A stretch of DNA of 64,000 bases from Octopus sinensis (taxonomy: Eukaryota). Below are positions 13,666 through 25,209 of this stretch, in pieces. The DNA is taken from contig NC_042998.1 of NCBI RefSeq assembly GCF_006345805.1, positions 90,458,001 to 90,522,000 on the forward strand, read 5' to 3'. Made by a program: the position numbers and the translations under genes. Numbering within the stretch: position 1 is the stretch's first letter; every line of letters begins with the position of its first letter. Under the pieces are notes generated by a model that did not search any database, was not told the DNA's origin, and worked only from the letters and a program-made list of their open reading frames with translations.

Positions 13666-13990
13666 TCATCATTTGATGATTTAGTGTCCATTTTCCACTC
13701 AGGCATGTGTTAAACAGTTTCACTGGAACTGATAAACTGGAGAGCTGTACCAGACTCCAGTCTGTTTTGGCTTGGCTTCTATAGCTGGATGCCCTTCCTA
13801 ATGCCAACCACTCCACAGTGTAGTGGGTGCCTTTATGTGTTACTGACACCAGTCACGACTACGATTTCATTTAGTTTGGTATGTCTTCTCAAGCACAGCA
13901 AATCTCCAAAGGACTTGATCACTTGTCATTGTGTTTGTGAGGATCAACATTTGAAGTTCATACTTTACCACCTCATCCCATGTCTTCCAC
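13666..13990 (-). mobile_element. RTE-tail-derived repeat (reverse orientation)
   Basis: ATCATCATT start, CTATAGCTGGATGCCCTTCCTAATGCCAACCACTC core shared with 20407, 29851, 37380 and 59090. Confidence 0.65.
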
Positions 13991-16517
13991 AGTTTCCCTC
14001 TTCAAAAATATTTTGTGCATCATCTCTTTATAAATATTCATTGAGAGATTGGATTTTTTATACTATTGTTTTGTCTCATACATTCATTTGGCTTCATGTC
14101 AACAAAATTTAATCCATCTTTATTAGATAATAGTCTCATCATGCTAACCTACATATTATTACTAACATTTAATATAAACTGGGTTACTTTACGTATTATC
14201 TGATGTCTCATATTTTTACTAATATTTTCATAGTTTTGTTATAAATTATTGTTTTTCCATTTTGAAGTACTGAATTTTCATTAATTCAGTTTCTTGTTTA
14301 AAGTGAAAAATCTATTTTACTATTTAAATTTTGTTCCAATATTTTTGTTTTATTTATTTATTTATATTTGTTTGGTTTCAGGTATTTAATTTTTCTTAGC
14401 TTTAATTACAATATCTCCTTTTACATTTTGGACTTTTCCCAACTTAGTATTAAATTATGTGAATTTTACCCTGTGATGATAAAATTCATCAGGGATTGAG
14501 GTTTACTAAGCTTTATTGTTATAGAGTGACACAGGTAGAAGTGAGACTGTTCTTCACCTTATTTGGTGTCCGAGGTTAGTTAAACTCGTATTATATTTCT
14601 GGCATTAACTTTTTCTTATCCCCGTTTTTCTATAAAGCAAACACCTGATTGAGCCAGTTGACTATACCTTTTCCCTTCCAAAAGGACATTGTGCTTAGTC
14701 AAAAATAATTGTTATTTTTAACCAATAATTATATTTCTCTTAAGTGATTTTTCTAGGTATAACAGTGCTTTGTTAACGTTATAAAAGAAACAAAAAAAAA
14801 AACAAACAAACAAAAATACTTGTTTGCATGCTTGTTTGTGTGAATTGTTTTGTTTGTAAACTAAAAGTTCACTTTGTCTTCCTTCCAAGGTCAATAAAAT
14901 GAGTATTAGGGTTGTTGTAATAGACTGTAATAACCTAGAAGGTGATGCTCTAATGCCAAAACCAGTTAAATAATAAAAGAATGTTCCAACTAAATAGAAT
15001 TTTCAAAGTTGTAAAATGAAAATCTTTAATGTACTTTGTCTCAGGTCAAAAAACTTAATTCAACATTGTTTTACATTTACCTAACTATTTAGAAAATAGA
15101 TACTAAATTTTATTGAGAAAATTCTGTAGAACTGATTAACAAATGAGAACTATCTCTGATCCTGTAAGGTTGAATAATTCCATTTATCCTACAAGTGTGT
15201 AAGATTATCAATTTTCATTATATTATATAAAAATTAAATTTGAAAATGGAGCATTCTTTACTTTTTTTAAATGAGTGACTTACATCATAATTTTGAATGA
15301 GTATTGACATGGCACTGAAGTGTGTGTTTATCAAATAGTACAGCTGCAAAGTATCAAGACATTTATTTGTCTTATTTATGTTTATTCTTTTGACTGGATG
15401 TTTGCATTTTCTTTCTAAACTATGTAAATTATGAAAGTGTATTGTTTTGTTGATGTTCAATCTAAGATCAGCCTTGATTGAGCAGATATATAAACAAGAG
15501 CATTCCTGTAATGATTATCTCATTTTTTTCTTGGCTGTTGCACATCTATGAATACATTCTTCAATATGTAATTCCTTTTTCAAGATAGTAGGGTGTAATT
15601 TGAGGGAGATTTCAAGCAGGTTGAACGACCACATAGAGGTTCCTTTAGTGACTTTTTCATAAACTAGTTTTGATGTTTTTTTCAATTCTATTTTTGTAAA
15701 ATACTGTAATACTGCTTCTTTAAAACATTTTTCAAATTTTGTTTTATAGAACGTTTTCACTCTGAAGGTACTTGTGTAAATCTAAGTTGTTCATTGATGT
15801 ATTATAACAGTTTTTTGATATTAGTTCAGTGTAGCAAACTGCTAATTAATCTATGTAACGTATAAAGTACTACATTTGTTTGAGGGTGATTGAGGTTTCC
15901 ACTAAATTCAATGCTAAGTTCATGTTATAGTCATTTCATATTGCATTGTCCATTCATTGGGAAATGATATTTTTATTACTATTTGCAATAGTTTTCAGTG
16001 GTATATTAGTTTAAACTAGTTTTAATCACCTTCTATAAAATGTATCAAAAGTGAATCTCATTTATATTTGACCCATTTTATCTGATTTTACATAATTGCT
16101 GAAATTTGCTTAATATCAAGTAAAGAATACTGCTAAGTATTTTTTTTTTTTTTTTTTGTGCATTTCTTGATTTATAAAAAGAAAATTTATTTCAGTCAAA
16201 CCACACATTTCTCAATTTTTTTAATTATTATAATTTACCATATTGCAAATCTTCAAAATTCCACTTATATATTTCCTGAAATATAATTCATTATATATAG
16301 ATATATTTGTAGATATCTTTAAATTAAAATTTAGTTGTTTTCTCAGATGTACTGTTTTAGAAATATCTGATTTTATAGCATTTGTACACCAAACACTATT
16401 TTTTGCAAGTAACTATATAGATAGTTGGTCAGTTTTTATTAGAAAGGGAAAAGAATTATGCTAAGTTGGGACAAAATTTCAACCAAATTAACTTTTTATA
16501 TAGTAAAATATAAGACA

Positions 16518-16872
16518 CTAGCACTATGACCCAGCAATGCCGGGTCATAGTGCTAGTGCATGCACACATACACGCAAGTACTGTCCAAATCTCCGACCAA
16601 TCACATACAGCTAGTTGGCATTCATTTGGCGTATCAAGTTTCGGGCATTTTGATTGGGTTTTGGATAGAAAATTCACAAAAATGTCACTTCTATTGATTT
16701 ATTAATGGCTTTGCGGGATGACTGGAGAAATGTAAAGATGTGCACGACCACCCTTGGACGGTTTTGAATGACCATAGAAAGTGCGAGCCCTCTAACTGAA
16801 AAATGTGGATTTGTATAAAGGACACGCACGCACACACAGGCAGACATTTTGCCGTTTATATATATAGAGAGA
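16518..16872 (-). mobile_element. Non-autonomous Helitron (355 bp)
   Basis: The minus strand begins TCTCTCTATATATATAAACGGCAAAATGTCTGCCTGTGTG and ends with a hairpin plus CTAG. It sits between A and T with no TSD, the canonical Helitron termini. Confidence 0.75.
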
Positions 16873-17684
16873 TTTCCTTACTGTTCTTTAACATTTCAAT
16901 TCATACTACACTTTCACATGAATGCAAGAAAAAGAGTTATTCATTTGCACTAAAATATATTCTGGCTTTACTAAGACGTCTTTGATTGTTAATAATTTCC
17001 TTGCTGGTGATGTCAGAGCCTTCAAATCTTTCTAATGGCATGGACAAATTTCTTAAAAACAGGGATAAGTAATAACTATATCCTGAAACAAATGGAATGG
17101 TTGGATATAGTATAAATGATGCACCAAATTTTAAGAATAATTCATGCTCTCGGGCTCTTGCCAATCTAATATCAATAAAACATGCTATAAGACAACAGTA
17201 GAGTTTCATGATTTGGGCATTAACTGACTGGGAGGTAGTTTGTTTATTTATTTATTTTAGAGGTACAGTATCTTGAATTACTCATCCTCTATCAGTTTGA
17301 GCCACAGATAACATTTTTTCTGATAAATTTGAATAATTTGGATAAAGAAATGTTTCCAAGTATTGGATATCTATCTGTAAATGTATATACATATAGATAA
17401 ATATTTATGTTTGCAGAAAAGTCCTAGTATGATGACAAAAGAAATTAATAGTGTAAAACATTCTTATTGAACTGATGAGGTTTCTTGAGGAATTGTTTCA
17501 TATATATATTTCAAGGATTGACTAAAAGGAACAAATGGAAAAATTTAACAAAAACATATTACAAATATATATATATATTGAAATATCATTAATTTCAGTG
17601 TACAGACTTAAAATACTAGTATAGTTTATTTAACTTTAGATATTTTTGTTCAGCTTACACATAGCGATATATCCTTCATTTTAG

Positions 17685-17884
17685 TTTCTACCACTGGCAT
17701 TCCTTCAGCTCCACGTATGTTTGGTCCTGCACCAGTGCCTGTGAGTATTCCTACTGCTCCTCCTGCCATGTTGCCTCCACAGTATATTGGGGCTGGGATG
17801 ATATATGGAGCCCCACCACATGGTCCCTATCAAGTTCCAGTGATGCCTGGTTATCAATCACCACCACCCTCTACTCATTCACAG
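17685..17884 (+). CDS. CASC3: CASC3 internal coding exon (Pro/Tyr/Gly-rich)
   Basis: TTTTAG acceptor, CAG|GTAAGT donor; 200 nt, phase 1/0. Encodes STTGIPSAPRMFGPAPVPVSIPTAPPAMLPPQYIGAGMIYGAPPHGPYQVPVMPGYQSPPPSTHSQ. Confidence 0.85.
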
Positions 17885-18641
17885 GTAAGTTATCTTTCTC
17901 ATCTTCAATAAATAATTTTATTTTTTTGAATTGTGAATAGACAAAAAGGGCAGAATGCTGCCCGCAAGGCTTGAACCATGCATTTTCTGTACCCAAACAA
18001 ACGTATTTCCAAGTACAGTAAAGCAGACCCATATTTCCTCCATCAAATTTCATCTTTAATCTTATCAATGAGAAAGTTGTTTACATTTAGAACACAAATG
18101 CTGAAGAACACAGAAATATGTAACTAAGTCTTTATTAACAATGTGTCTTAAAGCAAATTCAGTTTTAAATAATATACATTGGGTTAAAAGCCCCTTGAAT
18201 AAAAAAAAAATAGGTAGAATACTATCTGTGAGGCTGAAAGTGTATTATTTTCTCTTTGTGCATTATAAATTTTATATTTTTATAAATTGTAATACTTTAT
18301 TAAAAAGCATATTGACAGCTTTTCATACATGTGTAGAAATTTATATGTTGTATAATTTAGCTAATGTAATGTAGTTCATTAAATAGCTATACTGATGTCA
18401 ATTTTCAGCTGAATCCCTAGAATTTATGGCCTTTAACATTTCAGTAGTAATGAAATTATTATTTAAAAAATTGTAATATTTATTCAAGGTATGAACAGAT
18501 TCACAAATTTGTCCAAATCTGTGGCTGCATAGTTAAGAAGCATGACTGCAATAAGATAAAATCTGCTCTTATCAATAGTTTTATATTTATTTGTATAACT
18601 TTTTCTTTGTTTAATTTATTTTGATATCTTGCTTCTTTCAG

Positions 18642-18767
18642 ACTTCAGCTTTATCAGAAATGTTCAGAGGAGGCACCACCTATTATTCAACTGATTTACA
18701 ACAACCAAGCCCCAGCCGATCACCAGTTCGCAGGCATAAATCGGCTATCCCTATTATTGACCCTCAA
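18642..18767 (+). CDS. CASC3: CASC3 penultimate coding exon
   Basis: TTTCAG acceptor, CAA|GTGAGT donor; 126 nt, phase 0/0. Encodes TSALSEMFRGGTTYYSTDLQQPSPSRSPVRRHKSAIPIIDPQ, matching the GGVTYY...PSPPRR motif of vertebrate CASC3. Confidence 0.88.
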
Positions 18768-19460
18768 GTGAGTTAAAGAATGCACTTTTTATAAACCTTT
18801 CCCTTCTGTACCATTGTGACATTAAAGGCCCACATTTATCTCTTGAGTTCTTTAATATTAAAGGCATAATAGTCAAATCATTTTTTAAAGAAAGTCTTCT
18901 CAGAACCACTGCTATCTACATTTCAACTGAGCATTATTAGGTACATGTACTCTGTGTGTGTGTGTGTTGTGCCTTGCTTAACATTAAAGCATTTTTTTTT
19001 TTAGATCTTTTTGCCTTTTGTGTAAGTTAGTGATATGTACATACTAGCACCTTAAGCCAGTATCTGTTTAGATGTGTATGTTAGGTCTTTTTTGTTTTTA
19101 TGTTAAACTTGTACATCAACAAAATCTCTTGGCAACCATCTGTTATAAGATTTGATGTTATGTGTATATGCTGCAATGTAAACTGGATATAGAAATGTTT
19201 GGTGTCTGGCCAATTTAAATTATGAAATGGCCATTGGGATGCAATAGCAATTATGGTGAGACAATCTGCTGTAAACTACCATTTACATATAATAATTAAA
19301 AATGTATTTAGAGCAACAATTCATATTTATTTAATTATTTTGATATATCTTTTTACTTTAATTGGATTTTATTGTTGTATTTATTTATATTTTTAAAGAA
19401 CATATTTAGTTATCTTTTAATCATAATATTGATATATTGGAATTTTTTTTCTTTCTTTAG

Positions 19461-19778
19461 GATGTAAAAATTCAAAAATCCCAAAGTGCCAACAGCTCTA
19501 CTCCAGGTGAGACCACCACATCTGCTGCAGAGAGCAACAGTTCAGAAGCTCCCTCTAATTTTGCAGCTGAATCAAATGGTAGTCACAGCAAAGATCTAAT
19601 AGTGAACTCATCCTCCACTAGTGATTCAACTTGTACTTCAACAACAGTAGCTAGTGGCGGGAAAAGTATAGAGGAAACGAATTCTACTCCATTGAACACA
19701 GCTCACAAGCAAGTTGAGCTTGCTGAAACATGTACAAATGAACAGACAACACAGCCAATATTAGAGGCTGCAGCTTAG
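19461..19778 (+). CDS. CASC3: CASC3 last coding exon (Ser/Thr-rich tail, ends at TAG)
   Basis: Pyrimidine tract plus TTTAG acceptor; 318 nt open frame DVKIQKSQSANSSTPGE...QPILEAAA*, in phase with the previous exon. Confidence 0.8.
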   Translation, partial: DVKIQKSQSANSSTPGETTTSAAESNSSEAPSNFAAESNGSHSKDLIVNSSSTSDSTCTSTTVASGGKSIEETNSTPLNTAHKQVELAETCTNEQTTQPILEAAA

Positions 19779-20350
19779 AATTTATTACCATCATTATTAT
19801 ATTTTGTGAAATATTTGGACAAGATCAGCTATTGTTTTCTATCAATTGTGCTTTCAGAAAATACAGATTAGATTTATACTGGTTCTTTTCACCAGAATTG
19901 ATCTTTTTTTTACAAATTCTGCTCACATATGATGTATTAAAAAAAATAAGCATAAAAAACAAATTTCCATTGTCGGTACACTTGGTGCTTTGTGAACATT
20001 TTCTATGAATGGGATGAGAAATGTATGCCCCTCTCTGTCAACTAAAATGCTGATATTTTGCTATGTCAGCAGTGTGTTTGCACCCCAACCCCAGTTACTG
20101 ATATATTGCTTGTGCTGATCGTGACTAGTTGTCATTGATCAAAAGATTGTCGTCATTGGTTACTAAATCTTAAAAACAGAAAATATTAAAAAAATATGCA
20201 GAGCAAAATCCTTTTCCCTGCTGTTCATTTGTCTATAAAGATTGATATAAACAGATCAACAGATAAAATATTTATTAAAAAAAAATGAAAAAACACTTGC
20301 ATTGTCCCTTGTTTGTTTATTTTTGTAAATAAATTTCTCTAAATTTTCGG
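19779..20350 (+). other. CASC3: Putative CASC3 3' UTR with AATAAA at 20328-20333
   Basis: Repeat-free AU-rich sequence after the stop codon, an AATAAA followed by U-rich sequence, then an RTE-derived repeat from 20407. The cleavage site cannot be determined from sequence. Confidence 0.5.
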
Positions 20351-20406
20351 TATAGTATTTGTTTTTCAATTGAAAAAAAATTGCATTGTGTTTTAAATTG
20401 GATTTT

Positions 20407-20965
20407 CATCATCATCATTTAGCGTCCGCTTTCCATGCTAGCATGGGTTGGACAGTTCAACTGGGGTCTGGGAAGCCAGAAGGCTGCACCAGGCCCAGTC
20501 TGATCTAGCAATGTTTCTACGGCTGGATGCCCTTCCTAATGCCAACCACTCCGTGAGTGTAGTAGGTGCTTTTTATGTGCCACCAACACAGGTGCCAGGC
20601 GAGGCTGGCATCAGCCACGATCGGATGGTGCTTTTTACGTGCCACCGGCACTGAGGCCAGTCGATGCGGCGCTGGCAACGGCCACGTTCGGATGGTTCTC
20701 TTACATGCCCCCGGCACTGGTATCACAGCTACAATTTCTATTGATGTTGATCGATTTCGATTTTGATTTTGATTCTGATTCTCACTTGCCTCAACAGGTC
20801 TTCACAAGTAGAGTTTTGTGTCCCAAGAAGGAAAGGTATGCATAAGTGGACCGGCTACATCCCAGGTAGAGGCCACGGGTTATGGTCTCACTAGTCCTGC
20901 CGGGTCTTCTCACGCACAGCATACTTCCATAGGTCTCGGTCTCTTGTCATTTCCTCGATGAGACT
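20407..20965 (-). mobile_element. RTE-tail-derived repeat with internal tandem units
   Basis: (CAT)n start then TTAGCGTCCGCTTTCCATGCTAGCATGGGTTGGAC...GGATGCCCTTCCTAATGCCAACCACTCC; three GTGCTTTTTACGTGCCACCGGCAC-like units. Confidence 0.8.
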
Positions 20966-22380
20966 TGCTAAATAATATCTAACGGATAAAATTCGTCTCC
21001 TGCTTTTCATTTGACTGATATATGTAATCAAAATTGCCTTAACTCATTGCATACATACATGTACATCTATTTTCCTATCCTTGGGTTGACCGATGCCTTG
21101 TGAGTGAAATTCGGTAGAAACTACAAGAGCCTGTCGTGTATGTGTTTGTTTCTACTAGTCTTTGCATTAACATTACTTGAGTATCAATATTATCGTTTAT
21201 CATCATCGTTTATATCCTCCATAAACAAAACGTCTAGTGACTTAGAATTTGAACATGCAAAAACAAGAAAAACAAGGGTTGGAGTCAAGCTGGGCATCTG
21301 GATATAGAATACTGTCTCAGTTAAGTATCATACAACTCATCTTAGCATGAAAAAGGGAGGCATAAAAAAAAGTGACAATGATAAAGATGATTAGGATATC
21401 ATATTTGTATTTCCACAAGATAATTTGTTACTCCTGCTCTGGTTGAGTAACTAATAAATTTTCTTGTGAAAATACAATAGCTCAGAGTCAAAATATACAT
21501 GGTCCAGTTGCTATTAGTGCACTTCATTCTCTTTTCTCTCTCTCTCTCTCTGGTTGTAACCAATTCATGATTGGAAACTCTGACCTACACTTGATAAATG
21601 TATTTAATTCATTGTCTTACATACAATACTGTAATATTCCCAAATGGTTCATTTATCAGTAGCTTGCAGCACTAAATTCACTTCCTCCACTTGTAGGCCT
21701 GGAAAAAATCTCCAATCCTACCCACTAATTGCCAGCTACATGCCTTAGTCTCAATTTAGATGCAGATTTTAAGTTCTGATTATGGCTACTGTACAACACC
21801 TCATTCTACAAACGTCTCCATAGCACAATGGAATATTCTCTTTCAAGTGGATGGCCATCCAATACTCCTTTGAAAGTTGAGCAATCTGGTAAATTACCTG
21901 AAAATTTGAGACTCTAGTAATTGGTGGCAGACTTTATCTGTTACCTGATTTAACACCACCATCTGTCCTTTGGACCAGGTCTCTTGTTCTGGGAATATTT
22001 TTTCTCCTACCAGTCCCAAATGCTCTGCAAAGAGCCATGGGCACTGACTAAATCATTCTTTAAAAAATGTAAATGTATATCTTAACCACAGGTTGAACAA
22101 AAAATAAACTGTTTTCTATTATTTCTATTATGACAACAGCTTTCTGTGGCATCTTTCATCTTGCTTAGTTTTCTGTACATGTTGCAAATAATTTGCTTGC
22201 ATCAAAATTGATAAATACATGTTCCCTGCTATAGCCTAATAAACAGATAAGTGTTCTCCAGTATTTCTTCTAAAAATCAAAGACAAAAAATTCAGGGTTT
22301 TTTTTTTTTTTTGGTAATAGGCTTGAAATCTAAATTAATAAAGCCAGTTTCTTTAAGCTAGGCTTGGACAGGTTGAATAT

Positions 22381-22517
22381 TTAACTCTTTTGATACCAAT
22401 CTGATAAACTGCCCTCTGTTCTATGATACAAACTTGTTTCATACTGATCTGAATAAAAACCTCCCATAAAAATTTCATGTTTATGTTCCAAACATCAGTT
22501 TCTTAAAGACTGAGTTA
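22381..22517 (+). mobile_element. Left half of a TTAA-ended (piggyBac-like) MITE, interrupted by mariner at TA 22516-22517
   Basis: Starts TTAACTCTTTTGATACC; ends ...GACTGAGT-TA immediately before the mariner TIR. Confidence 0.55.
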
Positions 22518-23212
22518 CGAGGGGCGTTCAATAAGTAATGCCCCTGACCCACTTCCCATAGCAGTAGAGCAACGAAACTTGGCACAGTTATTAGTCTTTT
22601 TCTACATAGGAACCACCCAGAGTTACGCATTTCTCCCATCGTTTGATGCGGCTCTGGAGACCATTTTTGTAGAAGAACCCAGCTTGGTCCTCCAACCTCA
22701 ACGTGACTTCAGAAATCAAGGCTGCATCATCTGGGAAACGCTTTCCTTTCAAAAACAACTTCATGATTGGGAAGAGGTGAAAATCAGAGGGTGCAAGGTC
22801 AGGAAAGTAGGGGGATGGGGAGGAGTTCATAGCCATACGCCTGTGCTTCTGATCTGGCGACAAGCGAGTTGTGGACCGGAGCGTTGTCCTGCAGGAGGAG
22901 GATGCTTTTGCTGATCTTGCCCCGCCTCTTGATTTTGATAACTTCTCTTAATTTCCTCAAAAGTGAAGCATAATAGGCTCCTGCAATTGTGGTACCCTTT
23001 GCCAGGAAATCTGTCATCACTACTCCGTCCTGGTCCCAGAAGACTGTGAGCATGACCTTGCCAGCGGAGGGCTGCACCCTTGCCTTCTTTGGAGGGGGTG
23101 AGTTGAGTCACGGTGCTTCCACTGCATTGACTGTGTAATCAGTCTTTTGAAAAATTTTGACTCATCTTGGCACATCTCAAAATTCACCCTCGAGCACTTG
23201 ACGCGTTCTTGC
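22518..23212 (-). mobile_element. 5'-truncated copy of the mariner at 23932-25209 (3' ~0.7 kb), inverted
   Basis: Near-identical reverse complement of ~24475-25209 with an intact 3' TIR (TA|CGAGGGGCGTTCAATAAGTAATGCC). Carries a 45-bp internal deletion and a small insertion. Confidence 0.95.
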
Positions 23213-23857
23213 GTACCATAGCTTGATAAGTTGATAGTATCATCATACTCTGTTTCTGATGCGAAAAAGTTCCCAATCAAAACACCTTGAAATGGTTTAG
23301 AATGTATACAACTAAATTGGTATCCTGTATTAGGTACAGTTAGCTAAAGACAGACTCTTATGTTCATTTCATAGTATGAGCATCTAGTTGTTTGATCACT
23401 TCTGAATTAGCTTTTGAACTGGCTGAGTATTCCACAGATGTATGTACCTTAAATGTAATTCTCAAGCAGAATCAAGTGTGACAAAGCTAGACCTTTCACA
23501 GTCCATCTAACAGGTTCTGTCCACTCAAATATACTCACAAGGCTGACGTTGACCTGAGGCTAGTGAGTGCATTTGCTCAAGATGCCACCCAATGGAATTG
23601 AACCTTGAACTTTATGGTCGTGTAAGAAACTTTTTAATTACTCAGCCACACAATTTACTACAGTAAAGAACAATTGTGTAATTTAAGGGCTTTTCTTTAC
23701 CAGGATCAAGGAATAATCAGAAAAATAATAACATTCAAAGTTCCAAGTAAGGATGGGAAAATACTTTTTCCTTATTTTAGAAATCATCATTCTAATAAAA
23801 TGGAATTTAAAATTTAATGAGTAGAAATTTTGTATAAGCATTTGCTCTTCTAGTTTA

Positions 23858-23931
23858 TTAATCCTTTTGTTACTATATTTGTGCTGAAATATGCTATCTT
23901 TGTTTCAAATAATGAAAAATTTAGTAAAATA
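23858..23931 (-). mobile_element. Right half of the same TTAA-ended MITE, now inverted
   Basis: TTAATCCTTTTGTTACT is a direct repeat of the 22381 terminus. It runs into ...TTAGTAAAA-TA and the mariner 5' TIR. Confidence 0.55.
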
Positions 23932-25209
23932 CGAGGGACGTTCAATAAGTAATGCCTCTGACCCACTTGCAGTTGTTTGATCTAGCATGTGCAATCATTT
24001 ATATCTCTATAGAGTAAGTGGCAAATTACAGCTCTGAATTAATTGTGGTTTCTGATTTACAGGTGTTTGGACCGAGTCAAGTGTGAAATGGAGCCTGTTG
24101 AGTGTCGAGCAGTGATCCGGTTTTTGTATTTGAAAGGACGCACACCACGGGAGACTTTTGATAAAGTGAAAGTAACTTATGGTGATGATGCCCCATCATA
24201 TGACCTTGTAAAACGCTGGCATCGTGAATTCAAACATGGTCGGAACTCTGTGGAAACAGCTCCCAGATCTGGTCGCCCCCTTCTGCCATTGATGAGGCAT
24301 CTGTCCGTCAAGTTGAGGCTGCCATTTTGGAAGATCGACGCATAATTATTCGCCAAATAGCCCATGAGGTCAAGATGAGTACCGGGTCTGTGGAAACTAT
24401 CATTCATGACCATTTGCATCTGCAAAAGGTGTCTGCCAGATGGATTCCCAGGTTGCTCACGCCTTTCCAGAAGCAAGAACGCGTCGAGTGCTCGAGGGTG
24501 AATTTGGAGATGTGCCAAGAAGATGAGTCAAAATTTTTCAAAAGACTGATTACACAGGATGAAACCTGAGTCCATCACGATGACCCAGAGACCAAAGCCC
24601 AGTCAATGCAGTGGAAGCACTGTGACTCACCCCCTCCAAAGAAGGCAAGGGTGCAGCCCTCCGCTGGCAAGGTCATGCTCACAGTCTTCTGGGACCAGGA
24701 CGGAGTAGTGATGACAGATTTCCTGGCAAAGGGTACCACAATTGCAGGAGCCTATTATGCTTCACTTTTGTGGAAATTAAGAGAAGTTATCAAAATCAAG
24801 AGGCGGGGCAAGATCAGCAAAAGCATCCTCCTCCTGCAGGACAACGCTCCGGTCCACAACTCGCTTGTCGCCAGATCAGAAGCACAGGCGTATGGCTATG
24901 AACTCCTCCCCATCCCCCTACTTTCCTGACCTTGCACCCTCTGATTTTCACCTCTTCCCAATCATGAAGTTGTTTTTGAAAGGAAAGCGTTTCCCAGATG
25001 ATGCAGCCTTGATGTCTGAAGTCACGTTGAGGTTGGAGGACCAAGCTGGGTTCTTCTACAAAAATGGTCTCCAGAGCCGCATCAAACGATGGGAGAAATG
25101 CGTAACTCTGGGTGGTTCCTATGTAGAAAAAGACTAATAACTGTGCCAAGTTTCGTTGCTCTACTGCTATGGGAAGTGGGTCAGGGCATTACTTATTGAA
25201 CGCCCCTCG
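23932..25209 (+). mobile_element. Full-length mariner (Tc1/mariner, DD34D-type) transposon, 1278 bp
   Basis: TA TSDs at 23930-23931 and 25210-25211. TIRs CGAGGGACGTTCAATAAGTAATGCC / GGCATTACTTATTGAACGCCCCTCG. Confidence 0.97.
24088..25137 (+). pseudogene. Mariner transposase pseudogene
   Basis: MEPVECRAVIRFLYLKG HTH, PRSGRP, WIPRLL, QDET*, QDNAPVH and PDLAPSDF motifs. Disrupted by a 1-nt loss in a C-run near 24280, a TGG>TGA stop at 24567-24569 and a 1-nt loss in a C-run near 24910. Confidence 0.95.

Noticed and set aside
14461-14577. Possible intronic C/D snoRNA in CASC3 (GTGATGA at 14473; CCGA-GG near 14570; local hairpins)
   Set aside because: Box D is non-canonical, the terminal stem is only 3 bp and no rRNA/snRNA-complementary guide was recognised. 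A snoscan/Rfam hit would be needed.
20570-20720. Repeat-spacer-like arrays (GTGCTTTTTACGTGCCACCGGCAC plus ~40 bp; also 13255-13470 and 30020-30240) resembling CRISPR
   Set aside because: The spacers are homologous to one another, the arrays lie inside a dispersed RTE-tail repeat, the context is eukaryotic and there are no cas genes.
22579-22914. 111-aa ORFs antisense to mariner (22579-22914 and 24814-25149) and 24177-24518
   Set aside because: Antisense frames of the transposase pseudogene, duplicated only because the element is duplicated.
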